Shown: in pieces, positions 38,260-49,172 of the stretch
Layout of the letters: every line of letters starts with the position of its first letter
Position numbering within the stretch: position 1 is the stretch's first letter
Origin: an uncultured Gammaproteobacteria bacterium
Lineage (GTDB): Bacteria; Patescibacteriota; Microgenomatia; JAMCZE01
Length of the DNA: 64,000 nt
Direction of reading: 5' to 3'
Assembly: GCA_964641255.1 (NCBI GenBank)
Contig: CAZXMM010000001.1
Coordinates: forward strand, 745,890-809,889
Position numbers and translations under genes: made by a program
The notes under the pieces: model-generated
Databases searched by the model: none
Told to the model about the DNA's origin: nothing
What the model saw: the letters and a program-made list of their open reading frames with translations, nothing else

Positions 38260-38757
38260 TTATTTTGGACCATCGAATGTATATAATTTTGTTTCGCCAC
38301 CTATAGTGATGGTGTAGGTATTGTTAGCGGCAGTGTAAGTATAAGTGTAGGCGACGTCACTGCCAGAGTAAGCTTTAATTCCAGTCACGGTGCCCACAGC
38401 GGAAGCGGCGGTAGAAACATTAGCCACTGTTCCACTGGGGTCAGTAAGCGCAGTGGCACCGTAACACCGCCCAAAAGTAACTGGGCTGCCAAGTGCCGGA
38501 TTATTACTGGTATTACCTCCCAGGTTGGTCCAATCAAAACTCGCGTTGCCCGGATAAGAACCCAGCTCGGCCTGAAAACACTCTAGGGCTGCTTGGAGCC
38601 CCTTCACAACTTGGGCCCGCTTAACGTCTCTTGCAGCTTTTTGGGCTTGACCAATACCCAAAAGAGCGAGGGTGGAGAGCACTCCAATCACCGTAATGAC
38701 AATCATGAGCTCAATGAGGGTAAAGCCGCGGTGCAGATTAAATCGGGCAGATTTCAT
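38260..38757 (-). CDS. Type IV pilin
   Basis: RG|FTLIEL, ARDVKR. Confidence 0.88.
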   Translation of the reverse strand: MKSARFNLHRGFTLIELMIVITVIGVLSTLALLGIGQAQKAARDVKRAQVVKGLQAALECFQAELGSYPGNASFDWTNLGGNTSNNPALGSPVTFGRCYGATALTDPSGTVANVSTAASAVGTVTGIKAYSGSDVAYTYTYTAANNTYTITIGGETKLYTFDGPK

Positions 38758-38803
38758 ATAACTTTAGTGTGGCGCCTTTTGACTACCCTGTCAAGAGGAC
38801 GGA

Positions 38804-39415
38804 TTAGTTAGGACTTTTGAAAATAACTGTACCCCCAGATTCTTTAGCTAAACAGAGCTCATAATCCTGCCCCGTGGCTGAGGAAGTTTTATAAGCATAA
38901 CCGGCGGGAATGGGACCGGTATCACTAAAGGATGCATAGTAATAGCTGCCATCTGGCCAACCACACGGATTGCTACTTCCCAACCACGCCGCTGTGCGCC
39001 AGTCTGTTCCTGGGTGATTAAAATAGTTCAACTCCAAACAAGTAGCGGCGTAAGCATTGGAAAAAATTTGCCCTTTGGACGGATCCTTGTACTGAGAAGC
39101 GTCAATATAGCCGCGGCCATGGAGTTGAGCAATCATAGTCGCGAACCCCGAATTACTGTTAACCCGCAGCGGATTACATCCCCCCACATTAACTGTGTCG
39201 CCAGATTTTGGGTAGTTTTTGGCATCGGCATAGTAACGTTCCAGCGCCCCTTGCAATCCGGTCATAAACTGAACGCGCTGGGTGTCCCTGGCTGAGGCTT
39301 GAAGTTTTCCTACTCCTACTAAGGCTAAAGTGGACAGTATGCCAATCACCAAAAGAACAATCATGATTTCAATGAGACTAAAACCCTTAGTTATGGCTAC
39401 TAAATTTTTCCTCAT
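38804..39415 (-). CDS. Type IV pilin
   Basis: KG|FSLIEI, ARDTQR. Confidence 0.88.
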   Translation of the reverse strand: MRKNLVAITKGFSLIEIMIVLLVIGILSTLALVGVGKLQASARDTQRVQFMTGLQGALERYYADAKNYPKSGDTVNVGGCNPLRVNSNSGFATMIAQLHGRGYIDASQYKDPSKGQIFSNAYAATCLELNYFNHPGTDWRTAAWLGSSNPCGWPDGSYYYASFSDTGPIPAGYAYKTSSATGQDYELCLAKESGGTVIFKSPN

Positions 39416-39418
39416 ACT

Positions 39419-40630
39419 TTATTTAATCACATTTACCAAATTAAACATCGGTAGCAGTACAGCAATAGCCAGTCCTCCAACCATGCCGCCCATAAGAAGT
39501 ATCATTAGCGGCTCAAGCGCAGTGGTTAGCACCTTAACTTTGCGCTCACTGGATTCCTGATAAAACTTGGCTAGTCGGTCCAAACTATCATCCAGAGTCC
39601 CAGTTTCCTCGCCAATGGACATTAGCTGGGACACCATCAGGGGGAAGTGGGGATTGCGCCGAATTGCCAGAGATAGAGGCAGTCCCTTTTCCACGCTTTT
39701 AGAAGCGGTCACTACACCTTCGCGAAAATAGTTATTACCCATAGTGGCCGAGACGATTTTGAGAGAATCAATAATTGCTACCCCCGAGGAGAGTAGTGTC
39801 CCTAGGGTCCGAGCAAAAATTGTCAGGGCGACTTCTTCACTTAAGGGACCAAAAACAGGAAAGTGGAAAAAAGCGTTATTGATGAGCATGTCACTCATTG
39901 GGTTTTTTCGCAGCCCGCGGTAAATAATAAAGAGCAGGATAAGTAAGCCCACAACTACAAAAAGGTAATGGGTTAGTAGGTCTGACGCCCCAATTAGTAC
40001 TCTAGTCGGCAGCGGTAACTCCGCCCCAAATTGCGAATAGACGTCGGCAATTTTGGGAACAACGCTCGTCAACATAAAAAAACCAATCGCTCCCATAGCG
40101 ATCACCACAATCATGGGATAAATCATCGCTCCTTTAATTTTGCTTTTAAAATCAAGTTGGTTTTCCAGCGTATCAGCCAAGCGGGAAAGAGTCTCATCTA
40201 CTTTGCCCGAAGCCTCACCCGCTTTGATTAGACTGACATACAGGGTATTAAATACTAGGGGGTAGCGACTCATTGCATTAGATAGGGCGCTGCCTGACTG
40301 GACATCTCGCAGCAGTGAGCGCACCACTTCTTTGAAATGATTACTTTTGACCTGGAGAGCAAGATCAGCGAGGGCATCGGTAAGCGGCAGTCCGGTGGAC
40401 AGCATTGTCGCCAGTAACCTAGTAAAGGTAGCTACCTCTCGCTCAGACACCCCACTACCAAAAGAAAACGACAAGCTACGAAATTCAAAGCTTTTTTTTT
40501 CGGTAACTGTGATTACAAAATAACCGTGAGCCTGAAGAGCTTTCGCCGCTCCGGCTTCATTGACGTTCTCAATAGTACCTTTAACGATGGCTCCGGACTT
40601 GTCTTGGACTTTATATAGATACTGCTTCAT
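39419..40630 (-). CDS. pilC: Type IV pilus platform protein PilC
   Basis: GEASG, AMIYP, GEETG, LEP motifs of the GspF family. Confidence 0.95.
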   Translation of the reverse strand: MKQYLYKVQDKSGAIVKGTIENVNEAGAAKALQAHGYFVITVTEKKSFEFRSLSFSFGSGVSEREVATFTRLLATMLSTGLPLTDALADLALQVKSNHFKEVVRSLLRDVQSGSALSNAMSRYPLVFNTLYVSLIKAGEASGKVDETLSRLADTLENQLDFKSKIKGAMIYPMIVVIAMGAIGFFMLTSVVPKIADVYSQFGAELPLPTRVLIGASDLLTHYLFVVVGLLILLFIIYRGLRKNPMSDMLINNAFFHFPVFGPLSEEVALTIFARTLGTLLSSGVAIIDSLKIVSATMGNNYFREGVVTASKSVEKGLPLSLAIRRNPHFPLMVSQLMSIGEETGTLDDSLDRLAKFYQESSERKVKVLTTALEPLMILLMGGMVGGLAIAVLLPMFNLVNVIK

Positions 40631-40649
40631 AGTAGGGGAGGCGTCTTGG

Positions 40650-41702
40650 CTACATTTTATCGATCAACCGACTGACATCTTCAGTATTGGTAGCGTAGTC
40701 CATCGCAGTTTCCCGAGTAATTTTGCCACCCTTGACTAAAGAGGCCAGAGACATATCCATGGTTAACATCCCCAGCTCTCCCGACGTCTGAATGACATTG
40801 TCAATCATGTGGGTCTTGCCTTCCCGAATAATCGATCTCACCCCCGAAGTGGCGATTAAGATTTCTGTGCCCGGAACTCGGCCACCACCCAAAGCTGGTA
40901 ACAGTCTTTGGGAAATTATGGCTTCCAAAACATTGGAGAGCTGGAGTCTGACCTGGGCTTGTTGGAAATCCGGAAACACGTCAACCATCCGGTCAATGGA
41001 CTGAGCAGCAGAATTAGTATGAAGAGTGGCAAACACCAAATGGCCGGTTTCAGCAATGGTAATAGCGGCGGCAATTGTTTCAAAATCACGCATTTCCCCC
41101 ACCAACACGACGTTGGGGTCTTCCCGCAGCGCCGCCCGCAGAGAATTGTTCCAAGACAAAGTGTCGAATCCTACTTCCCGCTGGGACACTAGCGCCTTGC
41201 CTTGGGAATAAATGTACTCAATTGGGTCTTCAATAGTTAAAATATGGCCACCCTGTTGCTGGTTGATCTCTTCGATAATGGCCGCTAGGGTTGTCGATTT
41301 ACCGTGTCCGGTCGGGCCGGTGACTAGAATAAATCCCTGTCTTAAGGTCGTAAAACTGTGGCAGATTTTGGGCAAATTGAGTTCATCAATAGTACGAATT
41401 TTCAGGGGGATAAGCCGAAAGGCGAGGGCTTCAGATCCTTTTTGGAAATAGGCGTTGACCCGGAAACGACTCCTCCCATGAGAGTAGCCAAAATCTAATT
41501 CTTTATTGCGCTCCAGAGCCGTTTTTTGGTCCGCTGAGATCAGGGGAGCTAGAAGAGCAGTGATATCTTCCCCGGTTAAAATATTGTCGGCAACTTTGAT
41601 TAGGGTGCCGTCTATTCGAATAGTCGGACTGTAACCTGCCACCAAATGGAGGTCAGAGGCATTTCTAGCAATAGTCGTCTCTAGTAATTCTTGGATGGAC
41701 AT
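40650..41702 (-). CDS. pilT: Type IV pilus retraction ATPase PilT
   Basis: ASDLHL, GPTGHGKSTT, TIEDPIE, LREDP..VGEMRD, TGHLVFATLH. Confidence 0.95.
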   Translation of the reverse strand: MSIQELLETTIARNASDLHLVAGYSPTIRIDGTLIKVADNILTGEDITALLAPLISADQKTALERNKELDFGYSHGRSRFRVNAYFQKGSEALAFRLIPLKIRTIDELNLPKICHSFTTLRQGFILVTGPTGHGKSTTLAAIIEEINQQQGGHILTIEDPIEYIYSQGKALVSQREVGFDTLSWNNSLRAALREDPNVVLVGEMRDFETIAAAITIAETGHLVFATLHTNSAAQSIDRMVDVFPDFQQAQVRLQLSNVLEAIISQRLLPALGGGRVPGTEILIATSGVRSIIREGKTHMIDNVIQTSGELGMLTMDMSLASLVKGGKITRETAMDYATNTEDVSRLIDKM

Positions 41703-41705
41703 AAC

Positions 41706-43448
41706 TTAATCTTGCGCTACTCGAATAACTTCCTCAATAGTGGTTACACCTTCCAGCGCTTTTAAATAACCGTCTTGTTTCATGGTCAACATACCCTCTT
41801 CCACCGCCCGCTTTTCAATATCACTAGCGGAAGCGTGACTAAGAATGAGTTTGGCAATCGCGTCACTGATTGGTAACACCTCATAAATTCCCACCCGGGT
41901 TAAAAATCCGCTGCTGCCACATTCGCCGCAACCTTTACCTCGGTAGAGCAGTATCTTGCCATCTTTCTCCTTATCACTGGGGAAATATTTGCCCAGCACG
42001 TTCTTAATATCCGCTACCATTAGAGCCGGTGGCTCAAACGATTCTCGACAGTGGGGACAGATTTTTCGCAAAATTCTCTGCCCGAGAACCGCATTAAGTG
42101 ACGAGGCGAGAAGAAACGGTTCTGCTCCCAAATCCAAAAACCGAGGGATCGATCCGGAAGCATTACTAGTGTGCAGTGTCGAAAAAACTAAGTGACCAGT
42201 TAAAGCCGCTTGAATGGCCAGGTCGGTAGTCTCACGATCCCGGATTTCGCCGACCAAAATTACGTTGGGATCCTGCCGTAAAAAGGACCGTAGGGCCGCA
42301 GCAAAAGTTAGTCCCGCCGCCGGATTGACTTGCACCTGGTTGACACCAGGAATTTGGTACTCTACCGGGTCTTCGATAGTGACCGTGTTAACCCGCACCG
42401 AACTGGTTTTTGATAGTACCGAGTAGAGGGTGGTGGTTTTTCCTGAGCCGGTCGGACCACAAACAACAATGATCCCGTGGGGACGAAGAATCGCCATTTC
42501 TAAATTTTTGAGAGCTAAACCCCGAAGTCCCAAATCAGTAAAGGTGGGGACAGCTCCACTTTTGCGCAACAACCGAAGAACTACCTTTTCGCCATGAACG
42601 GTTGGGAGAGTCGAAACCCGGATATCAATTTCTCCGTTACCGTCCTCAGACTTAAAATTAAACCGGCCGTCTTGGGGGATCCGCTTTTCGTCAATTTTTA
42701 ACCCAGAAAGAATTTTAACCCGAGAAACCAGCGCGTCGTGAATCGCGGCTGGTAAAATCAGCTTCTCTTGCAAAATACCGTCGATTCGGTAGCGGATCCG
42801 AGTATGATCTTCTAGTGGTTCGATATGAATATCTGATACCCGTGCCTTAAGAGCAAAATCCAAAATTGAGCTGACAATTTTAGCTACCGGTGCATCACGA
42901 ATAATATCTGATCTAGCCAGTTCGGCGTTTTCTGCCTGCTTACTAATGGGTGAGTCCTTGAGAGCATCCCTAACTTCGGAAGTAAGATTTTGAGTCGTGT
43001 GAGTAGAAATCACCGCTTTGATAGCATCGAGTGGTGCCAAATACGGACGAATTTTTTTACCGGTCTTACGTTCCAGGAAAGTTATCGCCGTTAAGTCCAG
43101 TGGATCGACCATAGCCATAGATAGTGTGTTACTGCCCTGATCAAAAGCAAACGGTACCGCCTGGTACTCTTCCATGACGGTTTGGGACACAAGACTGTAG
43201 ACTTCCGGAGAAATAAGATGGGTCGAGAGGTCAAAGGTGGGTACCCCAAGAATAGCCGCTCTGGCTGCCAGTATCTCGTGCGCAGTAGCAAACCCTCGCT
43301 CTTGCAAGATCGCCTCCACGCTTTTGCCGGTATTGTCGTGCTCCAGTTTGACCAAATTTTTTTGGTCTTCAGTGATAATTTTATTGACCAGCAAAATATC
43401 CTCAATCGAACCAAGTGCTGGAGATGATTGGGCTTGGGCAGAATCCAT
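41706..43448 (-). CDS. pilB: Type IV pilus assembly ATPase PilB
   Basis: SDIHIEP, PQDGR, GPTGSGKTT, LRQDP, CPHC/CGEC. Confidence 0.95.
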   Translation of the reverse strand: MDSAQAQSSPALGSIEDILLVNKIITEDQKNLVKLEHDNTGKSVEAILQERGFATAHEILAARAAILGVPTFDLSTHLISPEVYSLVSQTVMEEYQAVPFAFDQGSNTLSMAMVDPLDLTAITFLERKTGKKIRPYLAPLDAIKAVISTHTTQNLTSEVRDALKDSPISKQAENAELARSDIIRDAPVAKIVSSILDFALKARVSDIHIEPLEDHTRIRYRIDGILQEKLILPAAIHDALVSRVKILSGLKIDEKRIPQDGRFNFKSEDGNGEIDIRVSTLPTVHGEKVVLRLLRKSGAVPTFTDLGLRGLALKNLEMAILRPHGIIVVCGPTGSGKTTTLYSVLSKTSSVRVNTVTIEDPVEYQIPGVNQVQVNPAAGLTFAAALRSFLRQDPNVILVGEIRDRETTDLAIQAALTGHLVFSTLHTSNASGSIPRFLDLGAEPFLLASSLNAVLGQRILRKICPHCRESFEPPALMVADIKNVLGKYFPSDKEKDGKILLYRGKGCGECGSSGFLTRVGIYEVLPISDAIAKLILSHASASDIEKRAVEEGMLTMKQDGYLKALEGVTTIEEVIRVAQD

Positions 43449-43504
43449 TTGCTATAACTGTATACTAATACTAGCTTACTTTGCAATGTTATTATTAGTC
43501 GCTT

Positions 43505-44200
43505 ATGCAGTGTGGTAGTTTTATAGTTACCGGTGCTACTGCCGACCAACAAGAAGCCTGGGTCGCTCGGCTGATTGCTAAGGAACCAAATTCCAGCGAG
43601 GGCCAACAAATAGTGGCTAGTGCTGATGTGCTCGTTGTCAAGGCACTAGACGGGGAGGGTAGCATTAAGATTGAGACTATTCGTCAAGCTCAACACTGGC
43701 TCATGTCAACGCCCTTAAATCGCAGCGAAAAAATAATGATTATTCCCAAGGCTCAAGAATTAACCGAGGAAGCCCAAAACGCCCTACTAAAAACCCTCGA
43801 GGAACCCCCCACCCAGGCCGCGATCTTCTTATGTATCCCCCACCCGGAACTACTTCTTCCCACCGTTATTTCTCGGTGCCAAGAAATTACTCTATCTGGC
43901 CCCAGCCAAACCGATTTAAGTACAATAGAAATTACTGAGATTGAGGAAGCTCTAAAACAGTGGAGCCACGGCGGGCTAGGGGAAAAGTGGCAACTGGCCG
44001 CCGCTTTGGGAAAGTCCCAAGTTAGCGCCAGTGAATTTTTAGATAGACTCCAGATCTACCTGCACGGCAAACTAATTGAACCTCAGGGAGGAAGTAAATT
44101 GCTTGCCCAACAGTTAGACTCGGTCTTTAGGGCCAGTAGCTATCTCAAACAAAATGCTAACGCTCGCCTCGTCATAGAAAACCTTTTTTTGTTCTGGTAG
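43505..44200 (+). CDS. holB: DNA polymerase III delta' subunit
   Basis: AQNALLKTLEEPP, LLPTVISRC. Confidence 0.88.
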   Translation: MQCGSFIVTGATADQQEAWVARLIAKEPNSSEGQQIVASADVLVVKALDGEGSIKIETIRQAQHWLMSTPLNRSEKIMIIPKAQELTEEAQNALLKTLEEPPTQAAIFLCIPHPELLLPTVISRCQEITLSGPSQTDLSTIEITEIEEALKQWSHGGLGEKWQLAAALGKSQVSASEFLDRLQIYLHGKLIEPQGGSKLLAQQLDSVFRASSYLKQNANARLVIENLFLFW

Positions 44201-44201
44201 A

Positions 44202-46133
44202 ATGACCATCGTTATGCCAAAGAATGACGACCAATATACCGCTGAAAATATCCAAGTCCTAGAAGGGTTGGAACCAGTCCGCAAGCGCCCCGGAATGTAT
44301 ATTGGCTCAACTGATGAGAAGGGATTAAACCAGCTGTTTAAGGAAATCGTCGACAATAGCGTGGACGAGGCTCTCGCCGGTTATGGCAAAAAAATCTTCG
44401 TTACTGTCAATAAAGATGGTTCACTAACTGTCAAAGACGAAGGCCGGGGAATTCCCACCGGTATTAATCCCAAACATAAACTTTCGGGAGTAGAGCTAGC
44501 AATGACCAGACTGCACGCTGGCGGGAAGTTTGACGCCCATGCCTATAAGACTTCAGGCGGGCTGCACGGGGTAGGAGCCGCTGCAACCAACGCGCTTTCC
44601 GTCTGGATGGTTGTGGAAGTGGACCAGAATGGCAAAAAATTCCGCCAGAGCTACAAAATGGGTGTCCCTGACGGCCCCCTTAAAGAAGTTGGGAAAGCAA
44701 ATGGAACCGGAACTACCAGTACCTTCCTTCCTGACCCAGAAATCTTTTCCACGGTGGATTGGAACTTTAAAACGATTAAAGAGGAACTGCGTAATTGGGC
44801 TTATCTGGTACCAAAACTACTATTCTCCCTTAAGGACGAGCGCACCGGTGAGGAGTATCACTTTTATTTTGAGGGAGGAATCAAGTCTCTCGTGGCTCAC
44901 TTAAACGCCAACAAGCAGACGATTTCCGATATTTTTTATGTCAGTAAAGACGTCGAAACCCCGGTGTCTCCAGTAACAATTGAAGTAGCCATGCAGTATA
45001 ACGGCGACTTTGGCGAACGGCTGCGCTCCTTTGTCAATATTATTGACACTCCCGATGGGGGCTCCCACGTTGCTGGTTTTCGCTCGGCCCTAACCCGGTC
45101 AGTTAATGATTACGGCAAAAAAATTGGCGCCATTAAGGACAATCAGGAAAGCTTTATTGGTGACGACCTCCGGGAAGGCCTAACCGCCGTCGTTTATATC
45201 AAAATGTCAGCCGACCGACTCCAGTTTGAGTCACAAACCAAAACTAAACTTAATAACGCTGAGATCCAACCGGCTGTAAACTCAGTTGTTAAAGAAGCAC
45301 TGGATGCCTATTTTGAAGAGAATCCCAGGGAAGGCCGGGCAATTCTAGAAAAAGTGTTTTTGGCGGCCAAAGCCCGGTTAGCCGCGAGGGCAGCCAAGGA
45401 CGCTGTCATCCGTAAGGGCGCCCTGGAAGGCTCAACTCTTCCCGGCAAACTGTCCGATTGCCAATCTCGCGACCCTGCCGAAAGCGAAATTTTTATCGTT
45501 GAGGGCGATAGTGCCGGAGGCTCAGCCAAGCAAGGTAGAGATAGAAAATTTCAGGCGATTTTACCGCTGTTTGGTAAACCCCTGAACACGGAGCGGGCCA
45601 GGATTGATCAGATAATAAACTATGACAATTTTAAGTCCCTGATTATTGCCCTGGGAACGGGGATCGCTGATCAGTTTAACATCAGCAAGCTCCGTTATCA
45701 CCGCATTATCATTATGGCTGATGCTGACGTGGACGGCCGCCATATTTGTACCATCCACCTCACTTTTTTGTACCGCCACTTAACCGAGCTTGTCACTGGT
45801 GGTTATGTCTATATTGCTATGCCACCTCTTTATAAGTTGGAGTGGGGTAAAGGTAATAAAAAATACGTCTATACTGACGAAGAGAAAGACGCCGCCCTCA
45901 AGGAGATTGGTGAAGTTAAGACTAACGTACAACGTTACAAGGGCCTTGGCGAAATGAACGCCGAGGAACTCTGGGAAACTACACTCAATCCCAAAAATCG
46001 ATTTTTAAAGAGGGTGACTGTAGAAGATAGCGAAAAAGCCAACGAGACTTTTATTATGCTCATGGGAGACGAAGTACCACCAAGAAGAAAGTTTATTCAG
46101 ACTCACGCCAAGACAGCGACGCTAGATATTTAA
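44202..46133 (+). CDS. gyrB: DNA gyrase subunit B
   Basis: GLEPVRKRPGMYIG, EIVDNSVDE, GGLHGVG, VEGDSAGG, DADVDG, QRYKGLGEM. Confidence 0.97.
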   Translation: MTIVMPKNDDQYTAENIQVLEGLEPVRKRPGMYIGSTDEKGLNQLFKEIVDNSVDEALAGYGKKIFVTVNKDGSLTVKDEGRGIPTGINPKHKLSGVELAMTRLHAGGKFDAHAYKTSGGLHGVGAAATNALSVWMVVEVDQNGKKFRQSYKMGVPDGPLKEVGKANGTGTTSTFLPDPEIFSTVDWNFKTIKEELRNWAYLVPKLLFSLKDERTGEEYHFYFEGGIKSLVAHLNANKQTISDIFYVSKDVETPVSPVTIEVAMQYNGDFGERLRSFVNIIDTPDGGSHVAGFRSALTRSVNDYGKKIGAIKDNQESFIGDDLREGLTAVVYIKMSADRLQFESQTKTKLNNAEIQPAVNSVVKEALDAYFEENPREGRAILEKVFLAAKARLAARAAKDAVIRKGALEGSTLPGKLSDCQSRDPAESEIFIVEGDSAGGSAKQGRDRKFQAILPLFGKPLNTERARIDQIINYDNFKSLIIALGTGIADQFNISKLRYHRIIIMADADVDGRHICTIHLTFLYRHLTELVTGGYVYIAMPPLYKLEWGKGNKKYVYTDEEKDAALKEIGEVKTNVQRYKGLGEMNAEELWETTLNPKNRFLKRVTVEDSEKANETFIMLMGDEVPPRRKFIQTHAKTATLDI

Positions 46134-46157
46134 TTTTTAATTATTTATTTTTAATTT

Positions 46158-46694
46158 ATGAATTTATTGCACGACATCCCCGCGGGCGACCCCAATAAAC
46201 TGGTTAATGTGGTAGTGGAGATTCCCATTGGCAGTAGAATTAAGTACGAATACAATAAGGAGCTGGAAACTATTGCCGCCGACCGCTTCCTCTATACCGC
46301 GTTTACTTATCCTTTTAACTACGGCTTTGTGCCCCAAACCTGGAGTGAAGATGAGGACGCTCTCGACATGGTCGTAATTGCCAGTGAACCGGTAGCTACC
46401 GGAGTGGTGATTGAATGCCGCGTCATTGGCGGGCTGCAAACTGAGGATGAAGAGGGCAACGACGCCAAACTCATTGCCGTCCCTAAGGGCAAAATCGACC
46501 CAATGTTCGCTAAAGTAGACACCCTCAACGACGTCCCCGAGGCTTGGAAGAATAAAATTAAGCATTTCTATGAGAACTATAAAAGTATCGAGCCGGGCAA
46601 GTGGGTAAAAGTAACTGATTGGATGAGTAAAGAAGACGCCGTCAAAACTGTTGAAGAGTGCGTGGTAAGGTACAAAAAAGAAGTTAACCACTAA
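46158..46694 (+). CDS. ppa: Inorganic pyrophosphatase (family I)
   Basis: EIP.GSR.KYE, YPFNYGFVPQT.SED.DALD, D.K, YK..EPGK. Confidence 0.95.
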   Translation: MNLLHDIPAGDPNKLVNVVVEIPIGSRIKYEYNKELETIAADRFLYTAFTYPFNYGFVPQTWSEDEDALDMVVIASEPVATGVVIECRVIGGLQTEDEEGNDAKLIAVPKGKIDPMFAKVDTLNDVPEAWKNKIKHFYENYKSIEPGKWVKVTDWMSKEDAVKTVEECVVRYKKEVNH

Positions 46695-46706
46695 GCTTAT
46701 CTGACT

Positions 46707-49172
46707 ATGGCCGATATTGGAAAAATCATTGATTCGGAAATTTCTGCAGAAATGCAGAGCTCGTATCTTGACTACGCTATGTCAGTGATCGTAGCGCGGG
46801 CTCTCCCTGATGTTCGGGATGGGCTCAAGCCAGTACACCGCCGGATCATTTACGCGATGCACCAGATGGGTCTGCACCACGGTGCTAAGTACGTCAAATC
46901 GGCTGCAGTGGTGGGGCAAGTGATGCGCGACTATCACCCTCATGGTAATTTGGCGATTTATGACGCCATGGCCCGGATGGCTCAAGATTTTTCGCTGCGT
47001 TACCCTCTAGTCGATGGTCAAGGCAATTTTGGTTCGATGGACGGGGATCCGCCGGCCGCCGAACGCTACACTGAAGCCAGGCTGTCGAGTATTGCCGATT
47101 ATCTTCTCATCGACATTGACAAAGAGACAGTTGATTTTGGACCCAACTATTCCAATACCGAGGTGGAGCCGCTGTTTTTCCCCGCCCTCTTACCCAACTT
47201 ACTTTTAATGGGCGCTGACGGCATTGCCGTTGGTATGGCCACTAAAATTCCGCCACACAATCTAAGTGAGGTCGTGGACGCGGTCGTGGCCATGATTGAT
47301 AAAGGTGTTGAGGCAACGACTCTGGAAGATTTGGTCCAGCACATTAAAGGGCCGGATTTCCCCACAGGCGGTATCATCTATGACCACAAGGAAATCCTGG
47401 CCGCTTATGGCACGGGCAAAGGAAAGATTGTGGTCCGGGCCAAAACGGAAATTGAGGAAGTAGCTGGTGGCAAATCGGCCATCATCGTCACTGAGATTCC
47501 CTATCAAGTTAATAAAGCCAGTTTGGTAGCCAAAATTGCTGATTTGGTTCGCGATAAAAAGCTCGATGGCATTTCAGATTTACGGGACGAATCGGATCGC
47601 CACGGCATCAGGGTCTATATCGAACTCAAGCGCGACGCCAGGCCCCAGTCGGTGCTAAACAATCTGTTTAAACACACTGATTTACAGACCTCTTATCCTG
47701 TCAACGTCGTCGCCTTAATCGACCAGACTCCTCAAACTCTCACGCTCAAAGTTATTTTAGAAGAGTACCTCAAACACCGCCAAAATATTGTCCGCCGGCG
47801 CAGTGAATTTGAGCTTAGAGAAGCTAAAGCCAGAGAACATATTTTAGAAGGATTAAAGATCGCGGTTGACCACATTGACGAAGTCATCGCCATTATTAAA
47901 AAAGCGGAGTCAGCTGAAGTGGCCAAAGGCAAACTGATGGACCGCTTTAAATTATCCGAGTTGCAGGCCACCGCGATTTTGGATATGCAGCTGCGCCGCT
48001 TGGCCGCCCTAGAGCGCCAAAAAATTGAGGATGAACTAGCTATGATCCGAGAAACCATTAGCTATTTGGAAAATCTCCTTAAGCACCCGGATTTGATGAT
48101 GAAAGTGATTCGGGACGAACTTCTAAAAATGAAGGAAAAGTTTGGCGATCCCAGACGCACCAAGGTGGTTAAAGGGAAAATTGACGAATTTTCGGAAGAA
48201 GACCTTATTCCTAACGAACCAATGGTGGTCACGGTCACTAAAACTGGCTATGTTAAAAGACTATCACCCGCTTCTTACCGAGCCCAAGCCCGGGGAGGTA
48301 AGGGAGTCACCGGCATGACTACCAAAGAGGAAGACGAGATTGAGCACTTAACCGCTGCAAACGCCCATGATAATATTTTGTTCTTTACCAATAAGGGTAA
48401 GGTCTACCAGACCAAAGTTTATGAACTGCCCGAGGGTAGCCGCCAAGCTAAAGGCCAGGCGGTAGTCAATATTATTAATAGTGAGCAAGGTGAGCCGGTA
48501 CAATCAATCCTCACCTACGATAATGCCTCAGCCAAGGCGCAAAATCATAATAATATTTTTCTAGTGACCCGGCACGGTACAGTTAAGAAAACCAAAATTG
48601 ACGACTTTGCCAATATCCGCAAAAATGGCCTGACGGCGATAAAACTGGAAAAGGACGATGAGCTGGTCTGGGCCAAATTTACTTCGGGAGATGATGATAT
48701 TTTGCTCGTAACTAAACACGGTCAATCTATTCGTTTCTCCGAAAAGGAAGTCAAGCCCCAGGGACGTGACACTATTGGAGTCAGAGGTATCAAACTCGGT
48801 AAAGATGATATCGTTGTTGGTATGGAATCAATTAATCCTTTGGATATCGCCAACAAAAAAATTATTGACCTGTTAGTAGTCTCGGAGAAGGGGATTGGGA
48901 AGCGGACCGAGTTTGGCCAGTTCCCCAAACAAAAACGGGCGGGATCCGGAGTCAAAGCCATGCAGCTCACTGCTAAAACCGGGCATTTGGTCGCGGCCAG
49001 AGCGGTGACCGAGCTGGTAGAACAACTAATTCTCACTTCGGCGAAAGCTATTGTTATTAAACTGCCACTGGAGTCAATCCCTAGACTTAGTCGCGCCACC
49101 CAAGGAGTTATTTTAATGCGCTTTAGTGAAGCTGGTGACCACGTAGCCGCCGTGGCAACACTGGAAAAATGA
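46707..49172 (+). CDS. gyrA: DNA gyrase subunit A
   Basis: [20 protein letters not shown] catalytic Tyr, GyrA-box QARGGKG. Confidence 0.97.
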   Translation: MADIGKIIDSEISAEMQSSYLDYAMSVIVARALPDVRDGLKPVHRRIIYAMHQMGLHHGAKYVKSAAVVGQVMRDYHPHGNLAIYDAMARMAQDFSLRYPLVDGQGNFGSMDGDPPAAERYTEARLSSIADYLLIDIDKETVDFGPNYSNTEVEPLFFPALLPNLLLMGADGIAVGMATKIPPHNLSEVVDAVVAMIDKGVEATTLEDLVQHIKGPDFPTGGIIYDHKEILAAYGTGKGKIVVRAKTEIEEVAGGKSAIIVTEIPYQVNKASLVAKIADLVRDKKLDGISDLRDESDRHGIRVYIELKRDARPQSVLNNLFKHTDLQTSYPVNVVALIDQTPQTLTLKVILEEYLKHRQNIVRRRSEFELREAKAREHILEGLKIAVDHIDEVIAIIKKAESAEVAKGKLMDRFKLSELQATAILDMQLRRLAALERQKIEDELAMIRETISYLENLLKHPDLMMKVIRDELLKMKEKFGDPRRTKVVKGKIDEFSEEDLIPNEPMVVTVTKTGYVKRLSPASYRAQARGGKGVTGMTTKEEDEIEHLTAANAHDNILFFTNKGKVYQTKVYELPEGSRQAKGQAVVNIINSEQGEPVQSILTYDNASAKAQNHNNIFLVTRHGTVKKTKIDDFANIRKNGLTAIKLEKDDELVWAKFTSGDDDILLVTKHGQSIRFSEKEVKPQGRDTIGVRGIKLGKDDIVVGMESINPLDIANKKIIDLLVVSEKGIGKRTEFGQFPKQKRAGSGVKAMQLTAKTGHLVAARAVTELVEQLILTSAKAIVIKLPLESIPRLSRATQGVILMRFSEAGDHVAAVATLEK

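Noticed and set aside
49170-49172. TGA recoding (genetic code 25)
   Set aside because: GyrA is complete at this TGA, other conserved genes (nusB, rpsP, pilN) also end in TGA, and ORFs are full length under code 11
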